Notes: generated by a model not told the origin, from the sequence alone. Counted from the first letter of the stretch, positions 37,164-46,734 are shown. The stretch: DNA of 64,000 bases from Candidatus Saccharimonadota bacterium (GCA_029260875.1 JAJDCL010000009.1:103-64102), one strand, 5' to 3'. Numbers and translations: made by a program.

Positions 37164-38351
37164 TCAGGGCTGGTGGCTAAATGTTGCTTTTGTGGCTGGC
37201 ACATTAGGCCAAGCGACAAAATAGTGGCTTAGGTGATAGCCTGACGCTAGCAGCACCGTAGCCGATACAAATATCACCCCAAGCAAGCGAGCTACCGGAT
37301 TGCGAGGGAAAACCGTAAACCATTGCTGTAGCAGCAAAGCAATACCACCACCAGCTAATATATAAATGATCGGAAGGAGCAGCGTTATAGTTACTGGGCC
37401 ACCAAGGGCCACAAGCAAGACAGACATTACTGTGGCTCCAATTAAAATTCTGGTGCGGTCGAGCCCTAAGCGGAAAAACAAAACAAAAGCTCCAAGAGCA
37501 ACCATACAGCTTGTGAAAGCGTCCAGCAAAGGAATGCGGCCTATAGAATACGTTGGGTCGCCGGCACCGATTATAAATATTTCCTTAGGGATGGACACTA
37601 TATTAGTTAGGTATGTTGCAGGGCTGGGCCAGATTGCCGGGAAGCCTAGCCATAATGTCACAAGGCTAAAATTAAATGTAAAAGCCCAAACAAGTGGGGC
37701 AATCCCCAATAATACCAGCAAAATAGCCATTGTCTGCTGAAGGGCGCCGAAGCTTTTAAATATGCGTCCTATTAATCTTCTTCGCCAAATAATAGTCAGC
37801 ACCACAAACCAGACCATGCCCGGCACGTACAGCATAAATATCCCTGAGATAATTGCCAAAATAATTGCAAATGTTGCAAATTTGTCTCGGTGAAGCCATA
37901 TGCTACCTACTAGTAAAAGTAGTGGTAACAAAAAGTTTATATCGGGCGTTGATAATCTTGCGAAATGTAGTGTCCAGCTTGATGTGGCAAATAAAAAAGT
38001 GCCCAGCACCGCAACTCGGGTTGTGTACCAGCTCTTCAGAATTACACACATACTCACAATACCAGCTAGTCCGATGATTGCGCTCGGCAGTCTCATTGCG
38101 GCTGGGCTGCTATGACCAAACTTTTGCGCCAAAAACTGTCCAACTTTCTGGTGTAGATGTAAGGGGTTATTAGTAACGGACTCTATAGTGCTTGTGGCTG
38201 CTCGCTGCTGAAGTTCTGATTTCGTAAACCCAGAAGTTAGCGAACCTATTTGAAAAAAAAGTAGCAAACACGCTATCGCAAGCCCAAGCAAGCTTGCCAA
38301 TAAGGGTCTCCACACATCTTCTATAGGGGGTATTGTCGGGAACTTTTTCAT
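37164..38351 (-). CDS. polytopic membrane protein (395 aa), possibly a GT-C-type glycosyltransferase
   Basis: About 10-11 TM helices. The family assignment is a guess from topology only. Confidence 0.4.
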   Translation of the reverse strand: MKKFPTIPPIEDVWRPLLASLLGLAIACLLLFFQIGSLTSGFTKSELQQRAATSTIESVTNNPLHLHQKVGQFLAQKFGHSSPAAMRLPSAIIGLAGIVSMCVILKSWYTTRVAVLGTFLFATSSWTLHFARLSTPDINFLLPLLLLVGSIWLHRDKFATFAIILAIISGIFMLYVPGMVWFVVLTIIWRRRLIGRIFKSFGALQQTMAILLVLLGIAPLVWAFTFNFSLVTLWLGFPAIWPSPATYLTNIVSIPKEIFIIGAGDPTYSIGRIPLLDAFTSCMVALGAFVLFFRLGLDRTRILIGATVMSVLLVALGGPVTITLLLPIIYILAGGGIALLLQQWFTVFPRNPVARLLGVIFVSATVLLASGYHLSHYFVAWPNVPATKATFSHQP

Positions 38352-38414
38352 AAGGCTTCTGGTCAGTATAACTCATATCGGTAGCATGCTGGTAGCTGCT
38401 TTGACAAAAGTTTA

Positions 38415-39083
38415 TTGTACAATATGCCTATTATGCTTCAGACTGCGTCTGCCTTATCTATTGTTTTAGTTATTGCGCTAACTGCTGAATATTTATGGCG
38501 TAAAAAGCTGATTCACGGTGAATATGCGAGGAAATTTGTACACATTGCGCTTAGTATTCATATCGCCTTATTCCCATTATATTTATCGTGGCGTCAGATA
38601 TGGATAATTGGTGCAATTTGTATACCTGTGATTGTTGTGTGTCGGTTGCTCGGTATCAGCAAGAGTGTGTATGAAATTGATCGTAAGAGTTGGGGTGATA
38701 TTATTGGCCCAGTTGCTATGCTTGGCTGCGCGCTGCTGCAACCCGCTGCAGCGGTTTTTTCTGCAACCGTGCTTTATATAGGCCTAGCTGACGGCTTGGC
38801 TGCTGTAGTTGGCACCAAATTTGGGCAAAACAATGCGTATAAAGTTTTTGGTTATAAAAAATCGTTAGTAGGCAGCGCCACATTTTTTATCGTTGCGCTG
38901 GGGATTACTGCGATGGCTTTTTTTGCACTTGGAGTTGATGGCTCAAATTTTATACTAGCCATTGTGCTCGTACCTGTCTTGCTGACATTAGTCGAGAATA
39001 TATCATATTATGGTGTAGATAATTTATTAATACTGCTAGCATCACTACTGTCATTTATGCTGCTGGATGTGAATCTGGCCTAA
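38415..39083 (+). CDS. CTP-dependent polyprenol (dolichol/phytol) kinase / CdsA-superfamily membrane protein
   Basis: Multi-TM protein with RKFVHI, WGDIIGP and ADGLAAVVGTKFG motifs reminiscent of the dolichol/phytol kinase family. Confidence 0.5.
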   Translation: MYNMPIMLQTASALSIVLVIALTAEYLWRKKLIHGEYARKFVHIALSIHIALFPLYLSWRQIWIIGAICIPVIVVCRLLGISKSVYEIDRKSWGDIIGPVAMLGCALLQPAAAVFSATVLYIGLADGLAAVVGTKFGQNNAYKVFGYKKSLVGSATFFIVALGITAMAFFALGVDGSNFILAIVLVPVLLTLVENISYYGVDNLLILLASLLSFMLLDVNLA

Positions 39084-39098
39084 AGAAATACAAACTGC

Positions 39099-40472
39099 TT
39101 AGTTCTCAAACGGAGTTGTGGCTTGATGCTTAGTATCAAGGCTGCGGAATCTTTGTTTGTCGCGCTCAAAATACAGCTCTATTGTTCCGGTTGGCCCGTT
39201 TCTGTGTTTTTTGATAAGAATGTCAGTAATGTTTTTACGGTCGGTGTCAGGATTATAATAATCTTCCCGATAGATAAACGATACAACGTCAGCATCCTGT
39301 TCGATTGATCCTGACTCTCTAAGGTCAGACAGTTGCGGAATTTGGGGGCTGCGACTTTCGACCGAACGACTTAGCTGGCTAAGGGCCATGAGTGGTACGT
39401 TCAACTCGCGCGCAATACCCTTTAGGCCTCTAGAAATTTCGCTAATTTCCTGAACACGATTGCCGTCGCCACCAAACTTCATACCGCCACTCATCAGTTG
39501 CAGATAGTCCACAACCACCAACCCTAGCTCGCGTTGATGAGCTTCGCGTCTTGCTTTTGTTCTTAGGTCGCTAACGGTTATCGATGGGCTATCGTCAATA
39601 AATATTTGAGCCTCAGATAATGTGCCCATTGCATGCCCGATCTTCTCAAAATCTGAGTCTGTCAAATTGCCGGTCCTGAGCGCCCAAGCATCAACGCCAG
39701 ACTCCATAGCTAATAAACGGTCTACTAACTGCTCTTTGCTCATTTCAAGACTAAAAATTAATACAGGCATATTAGCTTTTATGGCGACGTTATGGGCAAG
39801 GTTCAACGCAAGCGCTGTTTTACCCATAGATGGTCGCGCGGCTAGCACAAACAAGTCTGAGCGCTGTAAGCCCGCTAGCATATTATCCATATCCTTAAAG
39901 CCGGTTGGTACGCCTCGGATTTTACCTTTGTCCTTATGCAGTTCGTCTAATCTGTCAAAGCTTTCGCTTAAAATAGTTTCTAGGCTAGTAACATCTTGTT
40001 TGAGATGTCGTTGGCTTACCTCAAATAATCTAGCCTCGGCTTCCTCGACAAGCTCCTGCATGCTTTTGCCTTCGTTATGGCCAAGCCCTACCATATCCTG
40101 CGAAGCCTTGATTAAACGGCGCCTCATAGCCTTTTCTGCGATTATGGCAGCATATTGTTCACTGTGTGCAGCAGTAGGAACAAAGTTTGTAAGTTCTGTT
40201 AGGTACGATGGCCCGCCTACCATTTCTAAGAAGCCGGCCCCCTTAAGCTGATCTGCCAATGTGAGAACATCAATAGGGCTGTGTTTATCGTATAGCGCGC
40301 GCATTGCTTCATAGATACGTCCATGACGCTCATCATAAAAATCTTGCGTGTGGATGATGTCGGCAACCTTTACAATTGCGTCAGCATCTAATAGCACCGC
40401 ACCAAGCAGGCTGGCTTCAGCCTCAAGGTTTTGAGGAGGAACATTAATAGTGCCGGAATTTTTATCGTTCAT
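39099..40472 (-). CDS. dnaB: replicative DNA helicase DnaB
   Basis: PPQNLEAEASLLGAVLLD N-terminus and Walker A ARPSMGKTALAL. No intein. Confidence 0.97.
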   Translation of the reverse strand: MNDKNSGTINVPPQNLEAEASLLGAVLLDADAIVKVADIIHTQDFYDERHGRIYEAMRALYDKHSPIDVLTLADQLKGAGFLEMVGGPSYLTELTNFVPTAAHSEQYAAIIAEKAMRRRLIKASQDMVGLGHNEGKSMQELVEEAEARLFEVSQRHLKQDVTSLETILSESFDRLDELHKDKGKIRGVPTGFKDMDNMLAGLQRSDLFVLAARPSMGKTALALNLAHNVAIKANMPVLIFSLEMSKEQLVDRLLAMESGVDAWALRTGNLTDSDFEKIGHAMGTLSEAQIFIDDSPSITVSDLRTKARREAHQRELGLVVVDYLQLMSGGMKFGGDGNRVQEISEISRGLKGIARELNVPLMALSQLSRSVESRSPQIPQLSDLRESGSIEQDADVVSFIYREDYYNPDTDRKNITDILIKKHRNGPTGTIELYFERDKQRFRSLDTKHQATTPFEN

Positions 40473-40479
40473 CTAGTAA

Positions 40480-41925
40480 TTACTCTAGCACTTCACCGCC
40501 ACCGAAGATATTGCTTATGTTCTCCAAAGCGTCATCATCTGGCTTGTTAGGCGATAGTTGAGGCCGTGGATTATAGAAGTTCGTTGGCTTGTATTTTGGG
40601 TCAAGCTCACACCTGACAATAACCGCAGTCCCGGCCAGCTCACCAACTGTGTCAGAAACTATCTGCTTATTGCGAATTTCATTAAGACGTTTTTGGTGAA
40701 AGGGAAAACTTACGATCAAAGTAAGCTCATTACCGCTAAACTTTGGGGCAGCAATTCGCGCAATACTATATAAGGTATTGTACTTTAGCTTGAGTTGCTG
40801 TAACGCTTCTTGCCATAATTTCTCGCTTAAGACTACGCTAGGTCTTGGCTGAGTTTTGGCAGGTGCTGGTGTATCAGCAACTTTTGAATCTGGCAGGTCC
40901 GTCCTTTCGGCTACTTTAGCAGAAGCATCGCTGGTCGGGGCGACAGGATGTAATGCCTGGGCTCTATTTGGAGCCGCCGTACTTAGTAGCGTGATTTCTA
41001 GTAGGCTGCTCGGATCGTGAGAAGTCGGTATCTCTATTAGTTGTTTAAGCAGGTCTGTAGCCACGGATGGCTCTAAAATATTATTGTCCTCAATCAGACA
41101 CGTCCGCAGATATTGCGCCAACTGCTTTGCGACTTGGGTCGCTAGCACTCCTTGCTCGCTTATCTGGCCAAGTTTTTCAACCAGCCCTTTCTTATCACCT
41201 GCTGCAAGTAAGGCGATGATCTCCTTCGCTACAGATATCGGGGGGATCCCTAAAAGTTCTTGTATGCCCTTAGGAGTGACTTTTTTGCCTATTCCGCGCA
41301 CTTGGTCTAGTAGGCCGATGCTGTCCCGAAAAGATCCTCCGCCATGTGTGGCAATCATTTCTAAGGCTTCATCCTCTATATTAATATTTTCCAGTCGAGC
41401 GATTGATTTAAGATGGCTAATAACCTTGTCTTTTTCTACGAGTTTAAAACCAAACCGTTGCGTCCGACTTATAATTGTTTCAGGTAATTTGTGCGCCTCA
41501 GTTGTTGCGAGTATAAAGATAGCGTGTGCCGGCGGCTCCTCAAGTGTTTTAAGAAGTGCGTTAAACGCCTCTTTCGTAAGCATGTGTACTTCATCAATAA
41601 TATAAACCTTATATTTTGCGCTGCCGGGCGTTATGTGTACGCGTTCGCGAAGTTCGCGAATTTCATCAATACGGCGGTTGCTGGCGGCATCAATTTCTAT
41701 TATGTCCAAATGAGTGGCCTCATCTTCATAAGTCAATCCATTGACTGCGTGAGCAAGTATGCGGGCCACAGACGTTTTGCCAGTGCCCCTGGGGCCGGTA
41801 AAAAGATACGCGTGTCCAATATTATCGCTTTTTATTGCGTTTTTTAGGGTTGTCGTGATGTGGTCTTGCCCCACAACTTCGTCAACTGATCGCGGCCGAT
41901 ACTTACGATATAATGCCTGTCCCAT
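40480..41925 (-). CDS. dnaX: DNA polymerase III subunit gamma/tau
   Basis: YRKYRP, GPRGTGKTS, DEVHML and the SRTQRF sensor motif. Confidence 0.95.
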   Translation of the reverse strand: MGQALYRKYRPRSVDEVVGQDHITTTLKNAIKSDNIGHAYLFTGPRGTGKTSVARILAHAVNGLTYEDEATHLDIIEIDAASNRRIDEIRELRERVHITPGSAKYKVYIIDEVHMLTKEAFNALLKTLEEPPAHAIFILATTEAHKLPETIISRTQRFGFKLVEKDKVISHLKSIARLENINIEDEALEMIATHGGGSFRDSIGLLDQVRGIGKKVTPKGIQELLGIPPISVAKEIIALLAAGDKKGLVEKLGQISEQGVLATQVAKQLAQYLRTCLIEDNNILEPSVATDLLKQLIEIPTSHDPSSLLEITLLSTAAPNRAQALHPVAPTSDASAKVAERTDLPDSKVADTPAPAKTQPRPSVVLSEKLWQEALQQLKLKYNTLYSIARIAAPKFSGNELTLIVSFPFHQKRLNEIRNKQIVSDTVGELAGTAVIVRCELDPKYKPTNFYNPRPQLSPNKPDDDALENISNIFGGGEVLE

Positions 41926-41975
41926 ATATTTATCATATTATACTGCAGTTGACGCCCCTTGGCTGTTGTTGATTT

Positions 41976-42227
41976 TTAACGGTAGAGCTCTAAGATTAGC
42001 TTGCCACTACCCAGGCAGTTCGGTTCGGCTTGGTAGCGCTTTAGCTCATTCATGATTGCTTGCTTGTAGGCTGCTTCACCGCTTTGGCTTTTGTAATATT
42101 TCTGATAAGTGATGCGGTTGTCGCAACTGCTAATTTCCTTAAACTCAAGCGGACGTGATGACAAGTACAATGATAACAATGCTCCTAGAACCAGGAGTAT
42201 TATTAATTTTGCCAAATTAGCGGGCAT
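41976..42227 (-). CDS. small membrane-anchored protein (83 aa)
   Basis: N-terminal TM segment. The ATG lies 4 nt after the upstream gene's stop. Confidence 0.5.
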   Translation of the reverse strand: MPANLAKLIILLVLGALLSLYLSSRPLEFKEISSCDNRITYQKYYKSQSGEAAYKQAIMNELKRYQAEPNCLGSGKLILELYR

Positions 42228-42231
42228 CTAC

Positions 42232-42741
42232 CTATAGTGCAGCTTCAAGCGCAGCCCACTCTGCTACAGAATCATCTTCGGGTACGTTGACGCTTACCTG
42301 GTCACCAGGCTTAGCTTTGAAATAAGTAACACTTGCCAAAAGAACTCGGAACTTTTTCTTATTTACTTCTACATAATAGTGACCATTTTCTTGAGTCAAG
42401 ACGCCCACAACTTGCTTTCTGGGGATTGGGCCGATCTGCTTATACATAAAAGCGCCGTCATCAGCTATGGTTAGCTTTAGAATATCGCCCTGAACTAGCT
42501 TAGATTTGCTGGCGTAGTTAGCTGGTACAGGATATGTTTTGCCATCCGAGCCAACCATGTTTTGCCCGTCAAAGACGCCTTCAATCACCTTGCCAAGCGG
42601 CTCATCCGCTAAGGCGCTGCCAGTAACTGGCTCTTCGCCAACTAAACTAATTAGCAACTCCTTGGCGGCCGCAAGGCCAGTTTCTGCTTCTTGTATTAGT
42701 GTTTTAAGACGTTTAATCTGTTTGTCTGGTACTTCTGCCAT
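42232..42741 (-). CDS. hypothetical protein (~169 aa)
   Basis: ATG 42741 with GGAGAGG upstream is preferred over GTG 42777. No motif. Confidence 0.6.
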   Translation of the reverse strand: MAEVPDKQIKRLKTLIQEAETGLAAAKELLISLVGEEPVTGSALADEPLGKVIEGVFDGQNMVGSDGKTYPVPANYASKSKLVQGDILKLTIADDGAFMYKQIGPIPRKQVVGVLTQENGHYYVEVNKKKFRVLLASVTYFKAKPGDQVSVNVPEDDSVAEWAALEAAL

Positions 42742-42887
42742 CTCCGTAGCCTCTCCGTAAGTGTTTGTTTGGTACACTTCTGTCCTAAAACTACCATGTT
42801 TACTATGTCAAGTCAAAATCACAATTGTTTGTTGTGGATAAGTTTTCTATAGGTAAACGGCCGTATTATAAGACCTATAAGGTATAC

Positions 42888-42923
42888 AAACAGTAGCTGC
42901 CCTCGATAGGACAGCTACTGTTT
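42888..42923 (-). terminator. intrinsic terminator downstream of rplL
   Basis: 12-bp stem AAACAGTAGCTG/CAGCTACTGTTT plus an inner 3 bp, with a U-rich tail. Lies 25 nt after the rplL stop. Confidence 0.65.
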
Positions 42924-42945
42924 ATGATCTGTGAATTAGTCAGCC

Positions 42946-43326
42946 TTAGGCTAACTCAACAGTTGCGCCGGCTTCTTCAAGTGTCTTTTTGGCAGCGTCA
43001 GCGTCTTCTTTCTTTGCCTTTTCAAGCACAGTTTTAGGGGCACCGTCCACAATGGCTTTGGCTTCACCAAGACCAAGACCGGTAATGTCCTTAACCGCCT
43101 TAATTACCGCTACTTTCTGGGCTCCAGCGTCCTTTAGAACGACGTCATATTCGCTCTTTGCTTCTTCTGCTGGTGCAGCGTCACCGCCACCAGCTGGACC
43201 GGCTACGGCCACAGCTGCAGCTGCCGGCTCAATACCGTACTCGTCTTTTAGAATTGTCTTTAGTTCGTTTACTTCAAGGACAGTTAAGCCCGTAAGCTGT
43301 TCTGCCATTTTCTTTAAATCAGCCAT
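42946..43326 (-). CDS. rplL: 50S ribosomal protein L7/L12
   Basis: Ala/Pro-rich hinge and C-terminal domain ...[22 protein letters not shown]. Confidence 0.97.
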   Translation of the reverse strand: MADLKKMAEQLTGLTVLEVNELKTILKDEYGIEPAAAAVAVAGPAGGGDAAPAEEAKSEYDVVLKDAGAQKVAVIKAVKDITGLGLGEAKAIVDGAPKTVLEKAKKEDADAAKKTLEEAGATVELA

Positions 43327-43352
43327 AATTGATTCCTTTCTAAATTAATAGT

Positions 43353-43877
43353 TTAACTCGTTGCCTTCGCTTCTATGCCGTCAAGAAGTGCATGCAAATT
43401 GCCTGACAGGCCGTTCATTACATCGTTTACTGGCGACGTAAGTGTGGCCATAACCTGGGCTATAAGTTCATTCTTGCTTGGCAGGTTAGCGAGTGCCTTA
43501 ACATCTTCGGCGGGGATAAACTTGCCTTCTGCTGTAAGCCCACCAACAAACTTAATTGTCGGCTGGGTCTTGGCAAAAGCTGCAAGCGTTTGTGCCGAGG
43601 CTACTTCATCTTCTGAATTAAAAGCATATACGAGCATGCCTGTAAGGGCACTAGTGTCTGTATCCTTATGAATGTTCGTATGCTTCATTGCCTGGATTAC
43701 GAGACGGTTCTTGACAACCTTTACGGTTGTGCCATTGTCCCGCCCATTGCGACGCAGAGTTTGCATAGCCTTAACCGGTGTGCCTTGATAGGCAGCTACT
43801 ACGGTCATCTTAGAGGTGTTCAGTAAATCACTGACTTCCTGGACTACCTGATTTTTCTTATCTTTGGTTAATGCCAT
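43353..43877 (-). CDS. rplJ: 50S ribosomal protein L10
   Basis: L10-like sequence immediately upstream of rplL. Confidence 0.93.
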   Translation of the reverse strand: MALTKDKKNQVVQEVSDLLNTSKMTVVAAYQGTPVKAMQTLRRNGRDNGTTVKVVKNRLVIQAMKHTNIHKDTDTSALTGMLVYAFNSEDEVASAQTLAAFAKTQPTIKFVGGLTAEGKFIPAEDVKALANLPSKNELIAQVMATLTSPVNDVMNGLSGNLHALLDGIEAKATS

Positions 43878-43938
43878 AGATATTCCTTTGTTAGTTCATT
43901 TGTGGCAACTATCGACCTGTAGTTGACTCGTTAGTACC

Positions 43939-43966
43939 AAAAAAGCCTCTTGTTACCAAGAAGCTT
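43939..43966 (-). terminator. terminator/attenuator hairpin in the rplJ leader
   Basis: On the minus strand: AAGCTTCTT ggtaac AAGAGGCTT followed by TTTTTT, 62 nt upstream of the rplJ ATG. Confidence 0.45.
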
Positions 43967-44097
43967 TCTTAAAGAGTGCTTAAAAACAAAATAATAAGTT
44001 TTTTCGCACCTCGGCGACATTATCAAGGTTTCCCCGTCGCTGTCTTTGGTAACCTGTTAAGTCTAACAGATTGAACATCCCAAGTCAACAGGGATGA

Positions 44098-44334
44098 TCA
44101 GGCTACGCCATGAGCCCAAAAAGCATCAGGAACGTGCCGGTCGGCGAGATCCGCTGTGGATGGCTCCGTGCCATCATACGGTATGACTACTGGTGCGCTT
44201 ACCACGTTGGCGACCGCTAATTGACCTGCATCTTGTGCCGGGACATTTACATGATTTGTACTGTTGCCCTCCTGGTAGCATTCAGGGGTTTTTGAAGGCG
44301 CAACATCTTTAACTAAACTCGGGTCAACATTCAT
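44098..44334 (-). CDS. hypothetical small protein (78 aa)
   Basis: Strong SD GAGGAGG 5 nt before the ATG. No motif. Confidence 0.6.
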   Translation of the reverse strand: MNVDPSLVKDVAPSKTPECYQEGNSTNHVNVPAQDAGQLAVANVVSAPVVIPYDGTEPSTADLADRHVPDAFWAHGVA

Positions 44335-44346
44335 TTTATCCTCCTC

Positions 44347-44380
44347 AAATTAAAAATCAGACTTTCGGTGAAGCCTGATT
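44347..44380 (-). terminator. intrinsic terminator abutting the SD of the 78-aa ORF
   Basis: On the minus strand: AATCAGGCTT caccga AAGTCTGATT followed by TTTAATTT. The SD begins immediately after the U-tract. Confidence 0.55.
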
Positions 44381-44387
44381 AATTTTG

Positions 44388-44448
44388 CTGGGGCTGTGCT
44401 GGAAGCGCGTTAGCGCTCAGGCTTCAACCATATTGAAGCACAGCCCAG
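44388..44448 (-). promoter_or_regulatory. candidate structured leader RNA (three-way junction); strand assignment tentative
   Basis: Outer helix 44388-44397/44440-44448 (9 bp, one bulged G). Hairpin 44404-44417 (5 bp, 4-nt loop). Hairpin 44421-44439 (7 bp, 5-nt loop). Confidence 0.35.
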
Positions 44449-44681
44449 TTAGTGCTAGGAGTAGATGCAAGCTGTGCTGAGGATTGAAGTACATATTATG
44501 ACTAGGCTACCACTGGTCTGCTGGCTTGACAAGACCCCTGTTAGGGTGTAGGTTAGTAATCGTGATTAATAGAATCCAATCTACAATCAGTAAATATCTT
44601 TGCCTGCCTATTATGGTCAAGGTGTTTATGAAGATTACGTAGGTCGGAGTAGGCTTTTCACACAAGTAAATAGCAAACAGC

Positions 44682-44717
44682 AAACCGGACTCCGACCACT
44701 AGGGATCCGGTTTTTTT
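44682..44717 (+). terminator. intrinsic terminator immediately upstream of the SD of orf191
   Basis: AAACCGGA(c)TCC gaccacta GGg(a)TCCGGTTT followed by T7. GGAG at 44720-44723 and ATG at 44729. Confidence 0.65.
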
Positions 44718-44728
44718 ATGGAGTAATT

Positions 44729-45304
44729 ATGAGTCCTGTTAACTTAAGTACGGAGATACCAACGGGGCTAATCCTGGCTGGCGAGCAAGCTGTTCATCAG
44801 CGCGTGCCTATGGATGTGGCTTTGAGGAGTGGTCTATTAGTGGAGTCACTAGACCCACGCACATTGCAAACTATTACCGACCGGACTCAGATGCTTTTGG
44901 GCGCCATTGTGTCTCAGGGAATGAACAACGAAACAACGTGCGCGCAACCAGCAAGAGAATGCATCGCCTACGGCTATGAACTTGGCGCTCTGGCAATTAT
45001 GGAGATTCAAGAGAGTCTGCTTAGTATTATGGGTACACACCCTGGTAAGCGTGTAGAGTTTACAAACGGAGTCGCCGAGATCTTTTGGGGCGGACATATT
45101 GGCAAGCATCTGGTATCTTTAACGAAATATTGCGGAGGGATAGTGACTAATGTTAATGGACGGGACACCGAAGTTCAGGGGGGGTATATAGTCTGCAATC
45201 TGAAGTTCTTAGAACACCCTGAAAATGCGTACGGCTTTAAAGAGCCCATCACTATCCTCTTCTACTTAGTTAATGACTTTGTAGTGCAAGAGTACAGTGT
45301 CTGA
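44729..45304 (+). CDS. hypothetical protein (191 aa)
   Basis: ATG 44729 has a GGAG SD. The ORF-track TTG 44600 would read through a terminator hairpin. No motif. Confidence 0.6.
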   Translation: MSPVNLSTEIPTGLILAGEQAVHQRVPMDVALRSGLLVESLDPRTLQTITDRTQMLLGAIVSQGMNNETTCAQPARECIAYGYELGALAIMEIQESLLSIMGTHPGKRVEFTNGVAEIFWGGHIGKHLVSLTKYCGGIVTNVNGRDTEVQGGYIVCNLKFLEHPENAYGFKEPITILFYLVNDFVVQEYSV

Positions 45305-45766
45305 GTTAAGCTTTCTTACTTCTAGCAAATTTAAGTTAGCGTGCAAATTTGTGCCTAAAAGTGTCAACCCCTGGCCAAATAACAACGGCTCGATACTAAG
45401 GTAGAGTTCGTTGACTATGCCTGCGTTAAGAAATTGGTGGTAGATTGATGCTCCTCCACATATGGCTACAGATGAAACTCCTTCCCTATGCAAGCGGTTA
45501 ATAAGAGCTGCTGGAGGTTCTGCTGTGGTCTCGATATGATCCGCAGTGATGTTGTCAGGGCGCGATGTATAAACGATTGTTCGGCGACCCGGCAGCGCCC
45601 GACCGATTGTTTTAAAAGTATTTGACCCCATAATCATCGTACCGGCTTCTTTGGTTAAGCGTACAAATAATTGCTTGTCCTCTTTACTAGTCCAGTCAGC
45701 TGTATGCTGACTGTCCCTGCCAATAAACCCGTCGGCGGTAATGGCTGCAATAATAAAGACCTTCAT
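45266..45766 (-). CDS. dihydrofolate reductase-like protein (RibD C-terminal/DHFR family)
   Basis: MKVFIIAAITADGFIGR...MGSNTFKTIG...GGASIYHQFL pattern. Confidence 0.7.
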   Translation of the reverse strand: MKVFIIAAITADGFIGRDSQHTADWTSKEDKQLFVRLTKEAGTMIMGSNTFKTIGRALPGRRTIVYTSRPDNITADHIETTAEPPAALINRLHREGVSSVAICGGASIYHQFLNAGIVNELYLSIEPLLFGQGLTLLGTNLHANLNLLEVRKLNSDTVLLHYKVIN

Positions 45767-46734
45767 TTACTTGTTATTCTCCGTATTTTTTTGCCGGCAA
45801 TACTTAACATGTCAAAAGTATAACCTGAAGAGTGGTCGTTCTGGTAAACTACCTCTTCAACGTCGGTTTCTACAAGCATGCGACCACACGTAGGGCATGG
45901 TAGTAGATTGATAAAAAGCGTTGAGCCCTTTAGGCTTACGCTTTTTCGCTGTGCTGCAATAAGCAACTCAACCTCGGCATGGACTGTGTCGTAATGATTC
46001 AGGTCGTGTGGTGGAGAAAAGTTGCGCTCCCGCGATGCTCCGTGGTGCATAGCATATGTTTCATAGGGGACAACCCTGTTGTGGGCTGTGGCTAGCAGCT
46101 TATGTTTGTTGCCATGTTTCAGGCCAAGTGCGGCGGCTGTTTGAAACCCGCCATAATCAAATGAATGGCGTGCTACTAGTAAGGTTAAGTCAAGCATCTC
46201 TCGTTCTGTAAAAAGCCCGGCCTTAGGAACTTGCGGTAGCCTAATGCCATCCGCGTAACCGCGAGCCTCCGCCTCACTGCTAAATGGCGATACAAATTCA
46301 TGATTAACCTGTTGGTTCGTAAGGATATAATACTCCGGGCGCAAGTGGAAAGCCGTATACCAGGACCCGTTAACCAGAATCACGCTTTTAAAACTTAGCT
46401 TCTCAAGCAAATATTTAAACTCGCGCTGAAAATACCTTAGCGTGTAAATTTTGTGCTTGCTGCCAGACTTATTAACCTTGTCAATAATTTTGCTTACGTC
46501 TGCGTAATCTAGCATCTTAAACTGAGCCTGCTGCTCTAGCCCATTAACATAAGGTTCTTTTGATATGCCGACAATTATGTTGCCTTTAGGCAGGTGCGTT
46601 TTGATTAATTGAGTAATGCGTTTTAGAGACATCTCTCTCGGTGCGTTGATAAAAACTGCGTTAAGCTTGTTAATAGGCTGTTTGCTCTGAAAAGCAATAT
46701 CGGACCAGTCCAAATCAAATTTAGTTATTGCCAT
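45763..46734 (-). CDS. dCMP/cytidine deaminase-fold protein with a ~200-aa N-terminal domain of unknown function
   Basis: C-terminal zinc motifs HAEVELL and PCPTCGRML. ATG 46734 (AGGAAA SD) is preferred over 46746. Confidence 0.7.
   Translation of the reverse strand: MAITKFDLDWSDIAFQSKQPINKLNAVFINAPREMSLKRITQLIKTHLPKGNIIVGISKEPYVNGLEQQAQFKMLDYADVSKIIDKVNKSGSKHKIYTLRYFQREFKYLLEKLSFKSVILVNGSWYTAFHLRPEYYILTNQQVNHEFVSPFSSEAEARGYADGIRLPQVPKAGLFTEREMLDLTLLVARHSFDYGGFQTAAALGLKHGNKHKLLATAHNRVVPYETYAMHHGASRERNFSPPHDLNHYDTVHAEVELLIAAQRKSVSLKGSTLFINLLPCPTCGRMLVETDVEEVVYQNDHSSGYTFDMLSIAGKKIRRITSK

Noticed and set aside
41279-41289. A6G run (GGC AAA AAA GTC) in dnaX as a possible gamma/tau -1 frameshift site. 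The -1 frame stops after 11 codons.
   Set aside because: It lacks the full A AAA AAG heptamer in the right frame. It lies at residue ~215, which would remove domain III, needed for clamp-loader assembly. Probably coincidental.
42989-43348. 119-aa plus-strand ORF, together with similar antisense ORFs inside atpA/D/G, dnaB, dnaX, rplA, rplJ, the helicases and other genes.
   Set aside because: Each sits wholly inside a strongly supported gene on the opposite strand and shows Ala/Ser/Pro-rich mirror composition. All were treated as shadow ORFs.
44600-44728. Upstream extension of orf191 to TTG 44600, as in the ORF track.
   Set aside because: The extension would translate through a strong terminator hairpin and T7 run and has no SD. 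ATG 44729 has GGAG at ideal spacing.
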